From: Tubiluchus corallicola
Lineage: Eukaryota; Animalia; Priapulida
Reading direction: 5' to 3'
Length of the DNA stretch: 51,058 nt
Assembly: GCA_030141605.1 (NCBI GenBank)
Contig: JAQGDQ010001267.1
Location: 1-51,058, forward strand
Part shown: positions 37,540 through 50,333 of the stretch, in pieces
Position numbering within the stretch: position 1 is the stretch's first letter
Layout: the number at the start of each line of letters is the position of its first letter
Translations under genes and position numbers: made by a program
Notes under the pieces: model-generated
Databases searched by the model: none
Seen by the model: the letters and a program-made list of their open reading frames with translations, nothing else
Told to the model about the DNA's origin: nothing

Positions 37540-38102
37540 GAGTTCAGAATAAGGAATGCTCTAAAATACTGAAAACTACAATAGCTTATCTTAAATCAAA
37601 GATTAAATAATAATTACCTCGGATACTCGAATTTTGTTAAACTTTCAAAGTTACGCGCGGCTCGGTGAATCTACTAAGATTGGCAGCGGCGCCTTTTTGT
37701 CACATTCGTGTGGCCCACAAATAGAAGGCGGTACCGTGATAAGCATGATCATGAACTGCGGTGTTAGTTTCTGACGTCATGACGTAGAGCCCATTTTCGT
37801 GACATCACGCGTTTAAGCAGTACTGTAACACTTATGCAAATGTGCTTGACGTGCAAGGGAAGGCGCCTGCTATTGCACACACTGTAGTTAGTTTCTGACA
37901 TAAGCAATAGCTGTGTTCGGTTGCCGTTAATTAACTTTCTAAGCTAATTATTCAAATATAAGAAACAATTGCTAACTTTTATAGGCAAAGAAAATGTATG
38001 TTTTTGACAGTAAATTAAAATGAGATTGAGTCTAAACAATCGTCCGGTCTTCCTTTAACTTATGACACGAGAGCCTAGTCATTGTCCAAGTAATTCCATG
38101 TA

Positions 38103-38418
38103 CAGTCGACCCTCGTTAAACCGGACCCCGTTAGCCCGGATATCGGATAAGATGGCCGTCATCCATGGTAAAGGAAACTGACCGATTTCCGTCCGAGCCG
38201 GAGCACTAAACAAGGCCTACCAACTGTACAATAATTTCTTTATCCTCACAGGTTAACTATTTTAAAGTAATATACAGTCTAGTATACAGTGCAATGTATC
38301 TAGGCCTTATTAAGGTGATTATTCCTGTATAATATAGACCATATATAGGCATATCAGATAAATCAGACAATCGGCTAAACCCCCCCCCCCCATTAGTCCG
38401 GTTTAATGAGATTGACTG
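38103..38418. mobile_element. Tc1/mariner-pogo-type MITE
   Basis: ta|CAGTCGACCCTCGTTAAACCGGAC...GTCCGGTTTAATGAGATTGACTG|ta. Confidence 0.85.
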
Positions 38419-38591
38419 TAACTCATTAACATCTGTCATTACTTTAGAGCATACTGGGTGCACAGATAGTTCAGGAGCGCATAATTTGTAAGTTTCTATG
38501 TTACTGCCATCTTGGCTAATTTCTAAGCGATGTTTTCTGTCAATTACGTCGACTTTCACGGGGTCATTTGAAGACGGATGAAGCGATATTC

Positions 38592-39028
38592 CAGAGGTGT
38601 GCAAAATATCTGACTAGCCGGGCCACATTAAACTTTCCCGCAATTCCTGAAGGCCACAGGCAGTTTGATCAAGGAGCCAAGTACAGTAGGACCTAGAAGT
38701 TATTAAAATTTATATTACAAACCATATATTTCTACTTTCAGGACAGATAGTGGTAATTTCATTACAATGCATATTAGTAATGTGTATCACACAGTCTGTG
38801 TAGTACAGTGACATTAAGCTACAACCGTCTTGTAAGGGTTAATGGCATCCGATCTAGTAGAAAAAACTACCCGCACTATCCTTGGGATCGTGGCACGAAC
38901 TTCAGCTGGATACACTCAATTAATCGCCGGGGCCGCACTTTCATTAGGTTGACAAATCTCTTCGCGGGCCGCACAAATTATCTCGGCGGGCCGCAAGTGG
39001 CCCGCGGGCCGCAATTTGCACACCCCTG
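38592..39028 (+). mobile_element. hAT-type MITE family A, copy 5
   Basis: CAGAGGTGTGCAAA...TTTGCACACCCCTG; decayed TSD cgatattc/cactatac. Confidence 0.9.
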
Positions 39029-39646
39029 CACTATACGATGAAAATAATGAAAACTTACTACAAACAGAGATAGAGAGATGTGAAAGCATATTTAGAAACT
39101 GGCTTCACAATAAAAAATTTTCTATTTTCAGTTTTCTATTTTTTTTGCCTTTTTCTTGCTTTTTTTATCCACGATGCTTTACACTTCTTTGCCCAGCGTT
39201 TTGAATTTCCGGTAATAGATGGCGCCACACGGTGCAACAATTTCTTAACAAGTGCACAATTTTACTCACAGATACTGGAAAAATTAGTATTCAAAAGTAA
39301 CATCGGTGAACGAAAATTAGTGCAGAAGAAAAAACACAAATGGGTTAAAAAGTAACACAGATGTTACTAATAAACACAAAAATCACCTGGTGCTGCCATC
39401 TGTATGAAGGAGTTTTAAACTTTAAGCTGCCCTGTTTACTGTTTTACTTATTTATTTTCAAAAGACATTTGCAATTCTATGCTTGTTAATCATACTGCTA
39501 GCTTTTAACAGATATAATGCAAGAGTAATCTTGTGCTGCCATCTCTTATCAGTAGAATTAACTTAATCTGTGCTGTTTTCTAATTTAAAGAGGATAGAAA
39601 ATGTTTGGAAAATTGTGCTGCCACCTTTTGTCACCTCTTTACCCAC

Positions 39647-39847
39647 CTTGATTTCTTTTTCAAAAGGTTTGATGAACGCTGAACCGCGCATGGTCTGCGT
39701 CTTGACAATCTGGTCATCTAGCAGTGACTGGACCTCGTCCACCGATGCCAAGATGTATACTCCGGAGTCGCGGTATGCAGATAGCGTGAACGCCACCGTT
39801 TCCCACTCGTCCTGCATCTTTTGCATTGCTTTCTCCAGGGAATATTC
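39647..39847 (-). CDS. DNAH12: Dynein heavy chain exon 4 of window (linker)
   Basis: [16 protein letters not shown]...[26 protein letters not shown]; 201 nt, phase 0/0. Confidence 0.95.
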
Positions 39848-40495
39848 CTGTACAGGAAGCAGTTAAATATTAATCAGCGAACGAAATATTATTCAAGATG
39901 ATTTGTTTTAAATTTATTCTTAAATTTAAAAATTTAAAAAATTAAGAAAAGAATAAAACGTAAGTAATGAAGGATAGAATTGTTTCCTTTGATTCATCAA
40001 TAAATTTTACAGCAGATGTGGAAAAATAAAAAACCAAGCTTGAGAATTGAACTCAAAACCTTCTGTTTCATTAATGCTGTTATCTGTTGTTTACTACTAC
40101 TGCTTGGAAGTATTGTATAAAAGAGGAGACTAGAAGAGAGAATCTTGGAGATTCAGGACAGGCTAATGACAAAAAAGTCTATTCTGACAGCAAGCATCAA
40201 TAGTAATTTCAGTAAGGTGAACGAAAAGGAAAAAATTAAAATTCACAATGAGGAGTAATGACCAAAATAGTCACCCTTTATATTTTTAAATGTTTTAAAA
40301 AAAGGAGTAAACAGAAACTAACATGTTAATATTGATAACATTACGCTGACTGTACCTATACAAAAATTATATTATATTTGTTATTTGTTATGTGTGTTTT
40401 ATGGCTCTATAACTATAATTTAGTAGTTCTGTTTTGTACTTTTGTATTTTGTTGTTGTTTTGTTGTATGTATGTCATTGTAACGTAACGTATATG

Positions 40496-40964
40496 CAGGG
40501 ATGAGAACGACAAAATGCAAAAAACTCTGAAACAGACCGTAGGCAGCAACAAATTGCAATTTTGTGACCGTAGAGAGCCTCTAAGTGGACTTAAAATAAC
40601 AATTACCTTGTTTCATGCATAATTTAAAATACCCAACTATCAAGGATACATGATACCTAATTGTCTCAAAAACACCTAAGTACTGACTGCTCCTATGCAA
40701 AAGTATATAAAAACTGTCTGCAATTGACTCAAATAACTCCGCACAATTGATTCTATATTTTTATATATAAGAGATATACACGTGGTTACACTGATGTACG
40801 TGATGTAAACAAAGTGACGGCCTGCCATCTAGCGGTCAGCTTGTGAAATAATGTACTGGGTCCGTAAAAATTTTCTCAGCGAATTTACGCGACTTACAAA
40901 AATGGCACTACTGGTCTTCCAAAAACTCGGAATTCCGCGTATCCGCGGAAAATTCTCATCCCTG
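40496..40964. mobile_element. MITE family D with 6-bp TSD, copy 2
   Basis: tatatg|CAGGGATGAGAA...TTCTCATCCCTG|catatg; interior nearly identical to copy 1. Confidence 0.8.
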
Positions 40965-41012
40965 CATATGCCAATAATAATTTTGTTAGAATGCGGCTTT
41001 TCAATCACGTAC

Positions 41013-41198
41013 CTTGGAGGCTGCAGAGCTGATTGTCTCAAATTTGTCCATGAACGAAGTCAGATTCTGCTTCAGCATCTTGCGCAGGGTGGTTCCAGAA
41101 TCGGGGGTGATGTCGCGACCGACGATCGTCGATATCTGCTGCCAGTGTCTCTTGCGCATCCCGGGGTTGCAGAGAACGGTGATGATGGGCAGCGATTC
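41013..41198 (-). CDS. DNAH12: Dynein heavy chain exon 3 of window (DHC_N2 region)
   Basis: ESLPIITVLCNPGMRKRHWQQISTIVGRDITPDSGTTLRKMLKQNLTSFMDKFETISSAASK; NPGMRxRHW dynein motif; 186 nt, cag/gt boundaries. Confidence 0.95.
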
Positions 41199-41235
41199 CT
41201 GGAAGAACATTAGTCGCTAGTATGTTTAGTCTAGA

Positions 41236-41387
41236 CCAGACGGTTTAGTCTAGTGGCAATGCGTCTGCTTTCCGTCTGAGAGGTACCTGCTGTTGCCCTG
41301 CGTGACGTGTGGTATTTAGGGGTAAAAATGGGGTAATAATAGTCTCAATTATGTAGCTGTAGGTTGTTATTTACAGTCGGCGATAAT
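41236..41387 (+). mobile_element. tRNA-derived SINE, internally deleted copy 3
   Basis: A box and 3' body present; B box and core missing. Confidence 0.75.
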
Positions 41388-41947
41388 AAAATACTTACAT
41401 ATGATGACGATTGCTGAGTAATGGATATATCTCTTTCATTTTCCGATTAGTTAATGCCACTTGTATTAATTAATGTTTACTTTTTCATGAAGCTGATAAC
41501 AATTTTAAAGAATTTAGGCTTTGTCTAGGCAATCTCGTCTCTATTATTGATACTACAGAGTCTAGCTATGTTTGTTGTTTCGGAGATTTCAATTCCCATT
41601 TTCAAAAAAGATTATATGCGGAGCTAAGTGAAACGTGTAAAGCTAATGACTATATTATATCTGATGTAGTGAAAATGCCAAGTTCTTCATTTGCGTTCTC
41701 TAGTGTAGCCCACAACTCAACCACATGGCTTGACCATCTAATTAGTACCATGGCTATGGTCTCTTTAATTGGAGATATGTGTGTGAATTATGAGTTTGGC
41801 TGACAATCAGTCTGTGAATATACTACATGAATGCAAGATCAGTGCTCTTAAAATTTGAAATTTTGAGTTTGTTTCGCTATTTTTAAGCTGCAAGTTCAAT
41901 TCGAAAGGTACAAAACCCACAGTGTGTCCGCGTTGGGCTACTCTTAC

Positions 41948-42098
41948 CCTAAATTCACGAATGTTGTCCAGCACGGTCTGACAGACGGTCAATATGGCCG
42001 GTGCTTCTTCTTCTTCATCTTGTTCCTTCTCGTGCTCACTAGCAGTTTCCTCAACCTCCTTTAATCTTTTCTTCATCTTCTGTGATTCCATGTCCTTC
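41948..42098 (-). CDS. DNAH12: Dynein heavy chain exon 2 of window (charged segment)
   Basis: aaacag|G AAG GAC ATG...GAA TTT AGG|gtaa; KDMESQKMKKRLKEVEE...APAILTVCQTVLDNIREFR; 151 nt, phase 2 to 0, fits both neighbours. Confidence 0.88.
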
Positions 42099-42312
42099 CT
42101 GTTTACAGGAAAAATACGGTCAACAGTTGCGGTTCTCGTACATTCCCGTCACCGATGCCACGGTCGTTAAATTGGACAGAACGTCCGTCAAGTATCAAGA
42201 TGCTGAATATCGTATATATTTTAATACTACTATATCGTATATTATATATATTATTATTATATATCGTATATCGTATATTTTAATATTAATATATCGTATA
42301 TATTTTAATTGA

Positions 42313-43032
42313 AATTCTACTGGTATGGGCTTTTTATATATACATATATAAGATTTGAGGCTACAGCTTCGACGACGGCACCATTTGCGGCGATCTATAC
42401 ATCAAACGAAAGGTCTCAATCTAGTGTCGTGCCATTGGGGGTTTATTTTTCGAATCGGGCCCACCGAATGGCCATTTTTCGGCCGTTTTTTGCAAAACTT
42501 TTACGTCTTATTTCTAGAGAACGGGAACGAGCCGGCCATGGATAGATAGCCCGTTCAGCAGTGGGTGTCGTAGGCATATTTAGAATTTGCGAGAGGGCCA
42601 CGGCGTCCCGTAACGGACGTCTTCCCGGACCCAACTCCGGATTTTTTCGAAATTTTGACCAAACAGCATCTGGATAAAACGTTCTGGCGGCGCCTGGTGG
42701 GACTCTCGAAAGGAGATATACGGCTTTTTAGAAGGAGGAAGAACAGGGCTACACGATGATGTGGGCTATATTTTAGGACACGTCCACCAAAAGGAGTGAC
42801 GACGAGTTAATTAGATGTTCTATTTTTGTCAATTTTCGCTTGGAAAACTGCTGACGCAAAGCCATTATTGTTGTGACGTCATCCATTATACTTCTGCTTA
42901 TAACTTTAATTCAGTAAAAGCTGCTGCTGCTGACTTTGCGTTAGGTAAATAAACGAACATTATGTAGGATGTTCGCGTATTTTTGATTATAGGTGTATTT
43001 GTAAGCAAAATATTTTGAGGAGCCTTTGCTAG
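42313..43032 (+). mobile_element. Non-autonomous Helitron-like element, copy 2
   Basis: Reverse-complement homolog of 835-1341, ending gcctttgCTAG|t; has an extra internal segment at about 42770-42915. Confidence 0.7.
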
Positions 43033-43101
43033 TAATTGCATTATAATCTCCAGGTAGAATAAAAATGTAAAACAAGCTACACTCAGTTTTGACTGTTAGT
43101 G

Positions 43102-43245
43102 NNNNNNNNNNNNNNNNNNNNNNNNNNNNNNNNNNNNNNNNNNNNNNNNNNNNNNNNNNNNNNNNNNNNNNNNNNNNNNNNNNNNNNNNNNNNNNNNNNN
43201 NNNNNNNNNNNNNNNNNNNNNNNNNNNNNNNNNNNNNNNNNNNNN
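43102..43245. other. Assembly gap (144 N) in a dynein intron
   Basis: Run of N; flanking exon phases are compatible, so no exon is required in the gap. Confidence 0.99.
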
Positions 43246-43277
43246 GCACAAAGCAAAAAAGCAAACTGAAAAATTAC

Positions 43278-43404
43278 TTCTTGGCATTCCACTGGTTGGA
43301 GAAGACTCGGAAGACTCGAGTGATGTCGCGAGCATAATCATCAGCTTCCACCTCTATGAGCTCAGCATCCAACTTCAGGAAATCTCCGTCCATCCATCTC
43401 TTCT
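43278..43404 (-). CDS. DNAH12: Axonemal dynein heavy chain (DNAH12-like), first exon visible in window; tail region
   Basis: ttacag|AGAAGAGATGG...GCCAAGAA|gtaa; peptide (E)KRWMDGDFLKLDAELIEVEADDYARDITRVFRVFSNQWNAK(K), resembling EKRWMDG in DNAH12; phase 1 in, phase 2 out. Not in the ORF track. Confidence 0.85.
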
Positions 43405-43539
43405 CTGTAACACAAAATTTGATACATAGAGATAATTTTTTCACAACAAATTAAATCTTTCAAATGAAAATGATATGCGAACCTATAGTCCACATAGCAG
43501 ACCATAATGCTTGCATCTCTGTCTTTCTCTCTGTCTCTC

Positions 43540-44045
43540 TGTCTATCTATTTGCTTAATTACTGGCTACCTACCTACCTACCTATCTATTTGCTTAATTA
43601 CTGGCTACCTACCTACCTACCTATCTATTTGCTTAATTACTGCCTACCTACCTACCTACCTATCTATTTGCTTAATTACTGGCTACCTACCTACCTACCT
43701 ATCTATTTGCTTAATTACTGCCTACCTACCAACCTTCCTACCAACCTACCTACCTATCTATTTGCTTAATTACTGCCTGCCTACCTGCCTACCAACCTGC
43801 CTACCTACCTACCTACCTACCTACCTAAACACCCACCCACCCACCTACCTACCCACTTACTTACCTAGCCAGCCACCTACCTACCTACCTAGCCAGCCAC
43901 CCAACCACCCACTCACCCAGCTACCTACTGACCTACCTACCCACCTACCTACCGACCTACCTACCTACCTACCTACCTAACCAACCACCCACCCACCCAC
44001 CTACCTACCTATCTACCTACTTAGCTACGTACTTGTCTATCTATT
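43540..44045. repeat. (CCTA)n with a 40-bp higher-order unit at its left end
   Basis: ctatttgcttaattactg recurs every 40 bp. Confidence 0.92.
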
Positions 44046-45702
44046 TATCAATCATATTTTTCTCCACTTAGTTTCACTAGTCATTTAGAGCTATTTATTA
44101 AGCAGTCAGTAGAAAACAGAAAAATACAAAATAAATTAGTCCCAAACATTGTATGGACCACCAAGGGTGAGAGGGAATGTTATTGTTTTATAATCTGTGT
44201 AGCAATTATATCAAAAGTGTTGTGGAAGTTAACAAACATGTCCCATAGCTACTAAGATTATGGACGAGGCTGAATTTTATCATCGTAAAATCTTCGTACG
44301 AACAAACTGACTTTGTAGTTTCTGGCATGTCATCGCAAAAGCAAACTCTCGGTTCATTTCGATACTGTGGATTGAACTAGTCAATCTGTATCCTGTTAAT
44401 AATAGTGATAACTATGTGTGTGTGTGGGGGGGGGGGGGGGGGTAGGCGGTAATTAACCAGACTAACTAGGTTATAGCATATGATGCCAAAGTTTGAGGGG
44501 GGTCGAAAATTTTCTTAAAAAAATTTGTACTTCCATATTCATGTAAACGGCATATTTTATAACACACAACAGGCAATTAGTGAGATCAGCTTTTACATAA
44601 GTGCTACATAACGAACAGGTGCAAGGTATTGCACAACAAGCAGTTGCGCAACCTTCTTGTTAAATAGCGCTATGCAAATAAATGTAATTAACAACAACAA
44701 CGTAGAAACTAGGTGAACAGTATTTCTAATACACCACAAGCAATTGTTTAACCCGCCTCTTATAAATCTGCTACATAACGACGAACCTGTTTAAGCTCAA
44801 ACACCTTGTAAACTTAAGCAGTTAGACTTTACACATGTAAAAGAAATCTACTGTTTCACACAGTCACGTCTTGTACAATTTTGTATCATTTCAAGTTAAA
44901 AGGAACATGTGTGAGCAGAACATCTAGTGGCAAAATCTAGCAAAAGCACTTATTAATATACTGAAACTAGATAAGTAATGTAACTGAACAGGATGCAAAT
45001 AATTTTACACACACTCGGTAATAATTCTAGGCAAATGTATCAAAATAGAGGTGCGATGGTGATGGGAGGAATACCTCATTTTCAAGTCCGTCGAAAAATG
45101 TACATATTAACATCATTAATACTGCAAAAGCGTTTCTGATAATTAAATAATAGATTAAAAACTTAATTAATGGCGGGCGAGTCCAACTATTGATGACATC
45201 ACAAACTAACATAATTTCAACAGCAAAAATATTCCACGAGCATGTTGTACGTGTTTGCGAAAGCAAAAATTGAAGTACAGTGCTACTGTAAGATATTCCG
45301 TGTGTTGTACTAAGACTAGGCAAGTTTTAAGATAAAAATTAAAATTTACCGAAGTGCTCACGTGTGAGCCATCGATTTTTGCTGTATGTATGTAATTGTG
45401 GTGTAATGCCAACGACAAATTCAAAGTTCTATTTGACACGAATCCACGTAAAAATCAGAGAGAAAAATCACAGGAATTAAGCCAGAGAAAAAAGGCACAG
45501 GAAAAAAGAAATAACCCTAACCCTGAACTAAACTCTAGCCAAAATTGTGACTTTTTCCAATGACAGAAAAAAAGGCTAAGCATAACCCTAAACCAAACCC
45601 TGGCCGAAATTAATTGTGACTTTTTTTCCTGTGACTGTTATCCTAACCAAAATCGTGACTCTAATTCGTGACTTTATTTTGCTGTGACTTTTTAGCGGAC
45701 AC

Positions 45703-45940
45703 CACACACACACACACGCATGCGCACACACACACACACACACACGCATGCACACACACACACACACGCATGCACACACACACACACATACACACACAAA
45801 CACACACACGCAGACACACACACTCACACACACACACCACACACAAACACACACACGCACACACTCACTCACACACACACACAAACACACACACGCATGC
45901 ACACACACACACCACACACAAACACACACACGCACACACT

Positions 45941-45972
<32 letters not shown>

Positions 45973-46175
45973 AACACACACACACAAACAAACACACACA
46001 CACATGCACACACACACACACACACATGCATGCACACACATACACACACACGCACACACACACACTCACACAAACACACACACACTCACACACACAAACA
46101 CACACGCACACACACGCACACACACACATACACACATATATAATAATAAATACGTATATATATATATATATATAT
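45703..46175. repeat. Degenerate (CA)n followed by (TA)n
   Basis: Direct reading. Confidence 0.95.
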
Positions 46176-46605
46176 TCATATTGTAAAACTTTAACAAGTT
46201 CTATCGTACTGTACGTAGTCATACTTTCACCTACTGTACGCAGTCTTTTAACCTCACTAATCTCGTCTAGAGAGATTTGTAAAAATGACAGACGTGGTAC
46301 AGTGTTTGCAATCGTATGCGTAGAACCCTGCCTATGACAGGTACGACCTACGTAGATTGCTATTGGCCATATTCGTACATACATACAGGTGAGGTAACCT
46401 ATTTTTATCAGTGAAATTCTAATCGGTTCACCTGCGCGTGTCGAATTGTTATTAACGAGCTGCTGGGTAAATTTTAGGCAAGCTTTACTTTCATGTACCT
46501 GTGTTTGAAGACAGTCAAGGGGGTTAATTGGTGTAAGTTCAGCGACACCCCAGTTAGTTCTGGACTGACCCCCGGGCTACAAACGCAGACTGATACAACG
46601 AGGAA

Positions 46606-47082
46606 GTAAAAAAACACTGAGTTTAAAACTCTTTGACGTAGATTGGTGGTTGCAGTGTTAAATTGAACAACCTCAAAGCTTACGTGATAAAAACTGCTCG
46701 CGTTTGAAGCTTACGTAGTGCTTACCAACATAAAGCAAAGTAAAAAAAACTGAGTTTTGACTCAGATTGGTGGTTGCAGTGTTAAATTGAACAACCTCAA
46801 AGCTTATGTGATAAAAACTGCTCGCGTTTGAAGCTTACGTAGTGCTTACCAACATAAAGCAAAGTAAAAAAAAACAGAGTTTTGACTCTTTAACGTAAAT
46901 TGGTGGTTGCAGTGCTAAACTGAACAACCTCAAAGCTTACGAGATAAAAACTGTACGCGTTTGAAGCTTACGTAGTGCTTATGAACATAAAGCAAAGTAA
47001 AAAAACTGAGTTTTGACTCTTAGCTTACGTGATAAAAACTACACGCGTTTGAATCTTACGTAGTGCCTATTAACATAAAGCA
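46606..47082. repeat. Tandem repeat of about 125-135 bp, about 3.5 copies
   Basis: attggtggttgcagtg...aagcttacgtagtgctta repeated three times plus a partial unit. Confidence 0.9.
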
Positions 47083-47367
47083 TGAATTCGAATTTGTCAT
47101 TATTCGGTAATTTGGTTAATATCTATTGTCTGTGACTATGGCGAGTGAGTTTAAAATCCTTTCAAATTCGTGTGTGATTCATACGGGCTTCAGTGACGAT
47201 GCGGAAATAGATCCAAAGCAGTAATGATCAATGCAACTCACAGCAGACGGACGACGCTCGTCGTTACCATAGCAACTGCGGTTGCGTTGCTGTTCATCAG
47301 CGCAACATTTCTGGACCAATCGCCGGTCGACGTACGTATAATTAGTTATTATTACTATGGCGCTTAG

Positions 47368-47675
47368 TCTGTCTGTCTGTCTGTCCGTCCATCTGTGTCT
47401 GCCTGTCTGTCCGTCCGTCTGTGTCTGTGTGTCTGCCGGTCTGCCTGTCTGTCTGTTCATCTGTGTCTGTCTGTCTGTCCGTCCGTCTCTGTCTGTCTGT
47501 CTGTCTCTCTCTCTCTGTCTGTCTCTCTGTCTATCTGTCTGTCTCTCTGTCTGTCCGTGTGTGTCCGTTTGTCTGCCTGCCTGTCTGTTCATCTGTGTCT
47601 GTCTGTCTGTCTGTCTGTCCGTCCGTCTGTGTCTGTCTGTCTTCCTGCCTGCCTGTCTGTCTGTCTCTCTGTCTG
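47368..47675. repeat. Degenerate (TCTG)n
   Basis: Direct reading. Confidence 0.95.
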
Positions 47676-49392
47676 TACATCCCTTTGCATAATAAAATGA
47701 AAACACATGAAGCTAAATTTTGCACAGCGACAGGCTTAAGCTACAGTTGGAAAGTAGTAATTCTGGTTTCAAGAAGTCACAAGAAAAAACGTGTTGAAAT
47801 AAATTTTTGTCCAAAACGACGCAACGCCAACGTTTTGAGTCTGTTCCCCCATTGCCTCATCCTGTACTACTGCAAGCCTACATGTATCAGCTACCCCCAA
47901 CTTAATCTCCATAATGGTCCATATGAAGACTCACGACAGGGCCTGGATTTTATTTTTTGAAAAAAAATGGTATGATGGCAGAAGTTACCTCTGGGTCGAC
48001 GAAAAAATCTTAAAACAAGGTCAAGAAACTTTCGATAGCATCTCTGTACGACCCTTAAACATTTATCGACAAACAGAACGAATGTAGGTCTTGTGTGGTA
48101 AATAAGGCACACGTTTATTGATAATTAAATAATTAGACAGTTTGCCCTCATTATTCGTGATCGTGGGAGCGAAAACTGACGTCATCCTACAGCCACAATG
48201 ATCCCAGACTAGAATCATTTCGACATTTGTACGCTAGAGTGCGTTCACTTTCACAAGTCGAGTGTACGATTTTTATTTAGGGCAGTTTCTGCACAATTTC
48301 GAGCCAGGTAGTAGCACCACACAGTGTGGTTCAGTTTGTCTCGTGTCGTGATGTCTAAAGAATTTAAATTCTTCAGAAATTCGACTGTAGTTTCAGAAAT
48401 TGTAACAAGACACAGTGGCTGTGATTGGGACTGTCAGAGATTGTAGCAAAACATAATGGCTGTGACTCTCCAGATATTTACAATGTCAAGCCGCATGAAG
48501 ACTGATAACTTAGTCCCTCCCATCTCTATTACGGATTTGTGCCTGTTTATATGTGAGGAGAATTACACAATTACTTGTGGTGTATTAGTACCTATCTAAG
48601 CGTGGGTATCGTTAATTAGACATACGCGCACATCTAAATCATTTAAGAACGAGTCCGCGAGAGCACCATGCAGGAGGTGGCACATGAGGGGTGACGAATT
48701 TATACCATTTTTTTCTAACATGAAGGGCGACCCCCAAAACCATGTAACCAAGATATCAAATCGATCGAGCTACTATTGGCAGGGAAATGACCACATCAAG
48801 AAATTGACCCCGAAAGAGGCAAAAAATCGCTATTTTGGGGGGTTATTTTAACTTTTTCTCCTGTATAAACTATTATAGATGGGTAGATGTAAGTTGGCTG
48901 GTACATAGACCCAGACATTGTCTTCTGATATCCTAACTTTTTCTGACATACTATTAATAGTATCAGAGAACGGGATTTTTCAAATTCGGCTCTTTGTTAA
49001 GAGTCCAGGGAGAGGTTATGTTGTAAGGCTCATAACTCGCCCACTGCGGGGCTACAGAACTTCCGGTTTTCATGTATGTGTTAACCATCATCCTCACTAA
49101 TACTATAAAAAAGAAAATTTGCTGGAGCCTGTTTCAATATTTAGTACTGGCACTTTAAAATTTCACAAAAATCAGCAAAATTCGCTTTTTTTGTAGTTTT
49201 TCAATATTTTTTCTATCTATATGCTGGATTATAAGTGACAAATCTGTATTCTAAATTTCATGAAAACGCACGAGCTGAGATAATATCATGAATGACATTA
49301 TATAGAGGGGGTACTGTTAGAAAAAATTGCCATATCAACACACTTTTTTACTTTCCATAGTAATTCCGTCCATGTGTAAAAAGCAGACATAC

Positions 49393-50333
49393 TGTACGAC
49401 CATACGGTCATTAACACACTCACCTTACTTAAATGAAAAAATGATTATAGTTATGCATGCTTCTGTAGATAACTTAATGTAAATAAGGATGAAGTAAATG
49501 ATGTAATAATTTGAGTAGTGCGATGTGAGTGTACGACCATACGGTCATTAACACACTCACCTTACTTAAATGAAAAAATGATTATAGTTATGCATGCTTC
49601 TGTAGATAACTTAATGTAAATAAGGATGAAGTAAATGATGTAATAATTTGAGTAGTGCGAGGTGAGTGTACGACCATACGGTCATTAACACACTCACCTT
49701 ACTTAAATGAAAAAATGATTATAGTTATGCATGCTTCTGTAGATAACTTAATGTAAATAAGGATGAAGTAAATGATGTAATAATTTGAGTAGTGCGAGGT
49801 GAGTGTACGACCATACGGTCATTAACACACTCACCTTACTTAAATGAAAAAATGATTATAGTTATGCATGCTTCTGTAGATAACTTAATGTAAATAAGGA
49901 TGAAGTAAATGATGTAATAATTTGAGTAGTGCGAGGTGAGTGTACGACCATACGGTCATTAACACACTCACCTTACTTAAATGAAAAAATGATTATAGTT
50001 ATGCATGCTTCTGTAGATAACTTAATGTAAATAAGGGTGAAGTAAATGATGTAATAATTTGAGTAGTGCGAGGTGAGTGTACGACCATACGGTCATTAAC
50101 ACGCTCACCTTACTTAAATGAAAAAATGATTATAGCTATACATGCTTCTGTAGATAACTTAATGTAAATAAGGGTGAAGTAAATGATGTAATAATTTGAG
50201 TAGTGTGAGTTGTGTGTACGACCATACGGTCATTAACACGCTCACCTTACTTAAATGAAAAAATGATTATAGTTATGCATACTTCTGTAGATAACTTAAT
50301 GTAAATAAGGATGAAGTAAATGATGTAATAATA
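49393..50333. repeat. 137-bp tandem repeat, about 7 copies
   Basis: tgtacgaccatacggtc at 49393, 49530, and so on; units nearly identical. Confidence 0.97.

Noticed and set aside
45510-45610. Interstitial telomeric repeat (taaccc)
   Set aside because: Only two or three degenerate units, inside a MITE-like sequence with repeated gtgacttttt motifs.
45588-47960. HT/CV-rich and DRQT/SVCL-rich ORFs
   Set aside because: Translations of (CA)n and (TCTG)n microsatellites.
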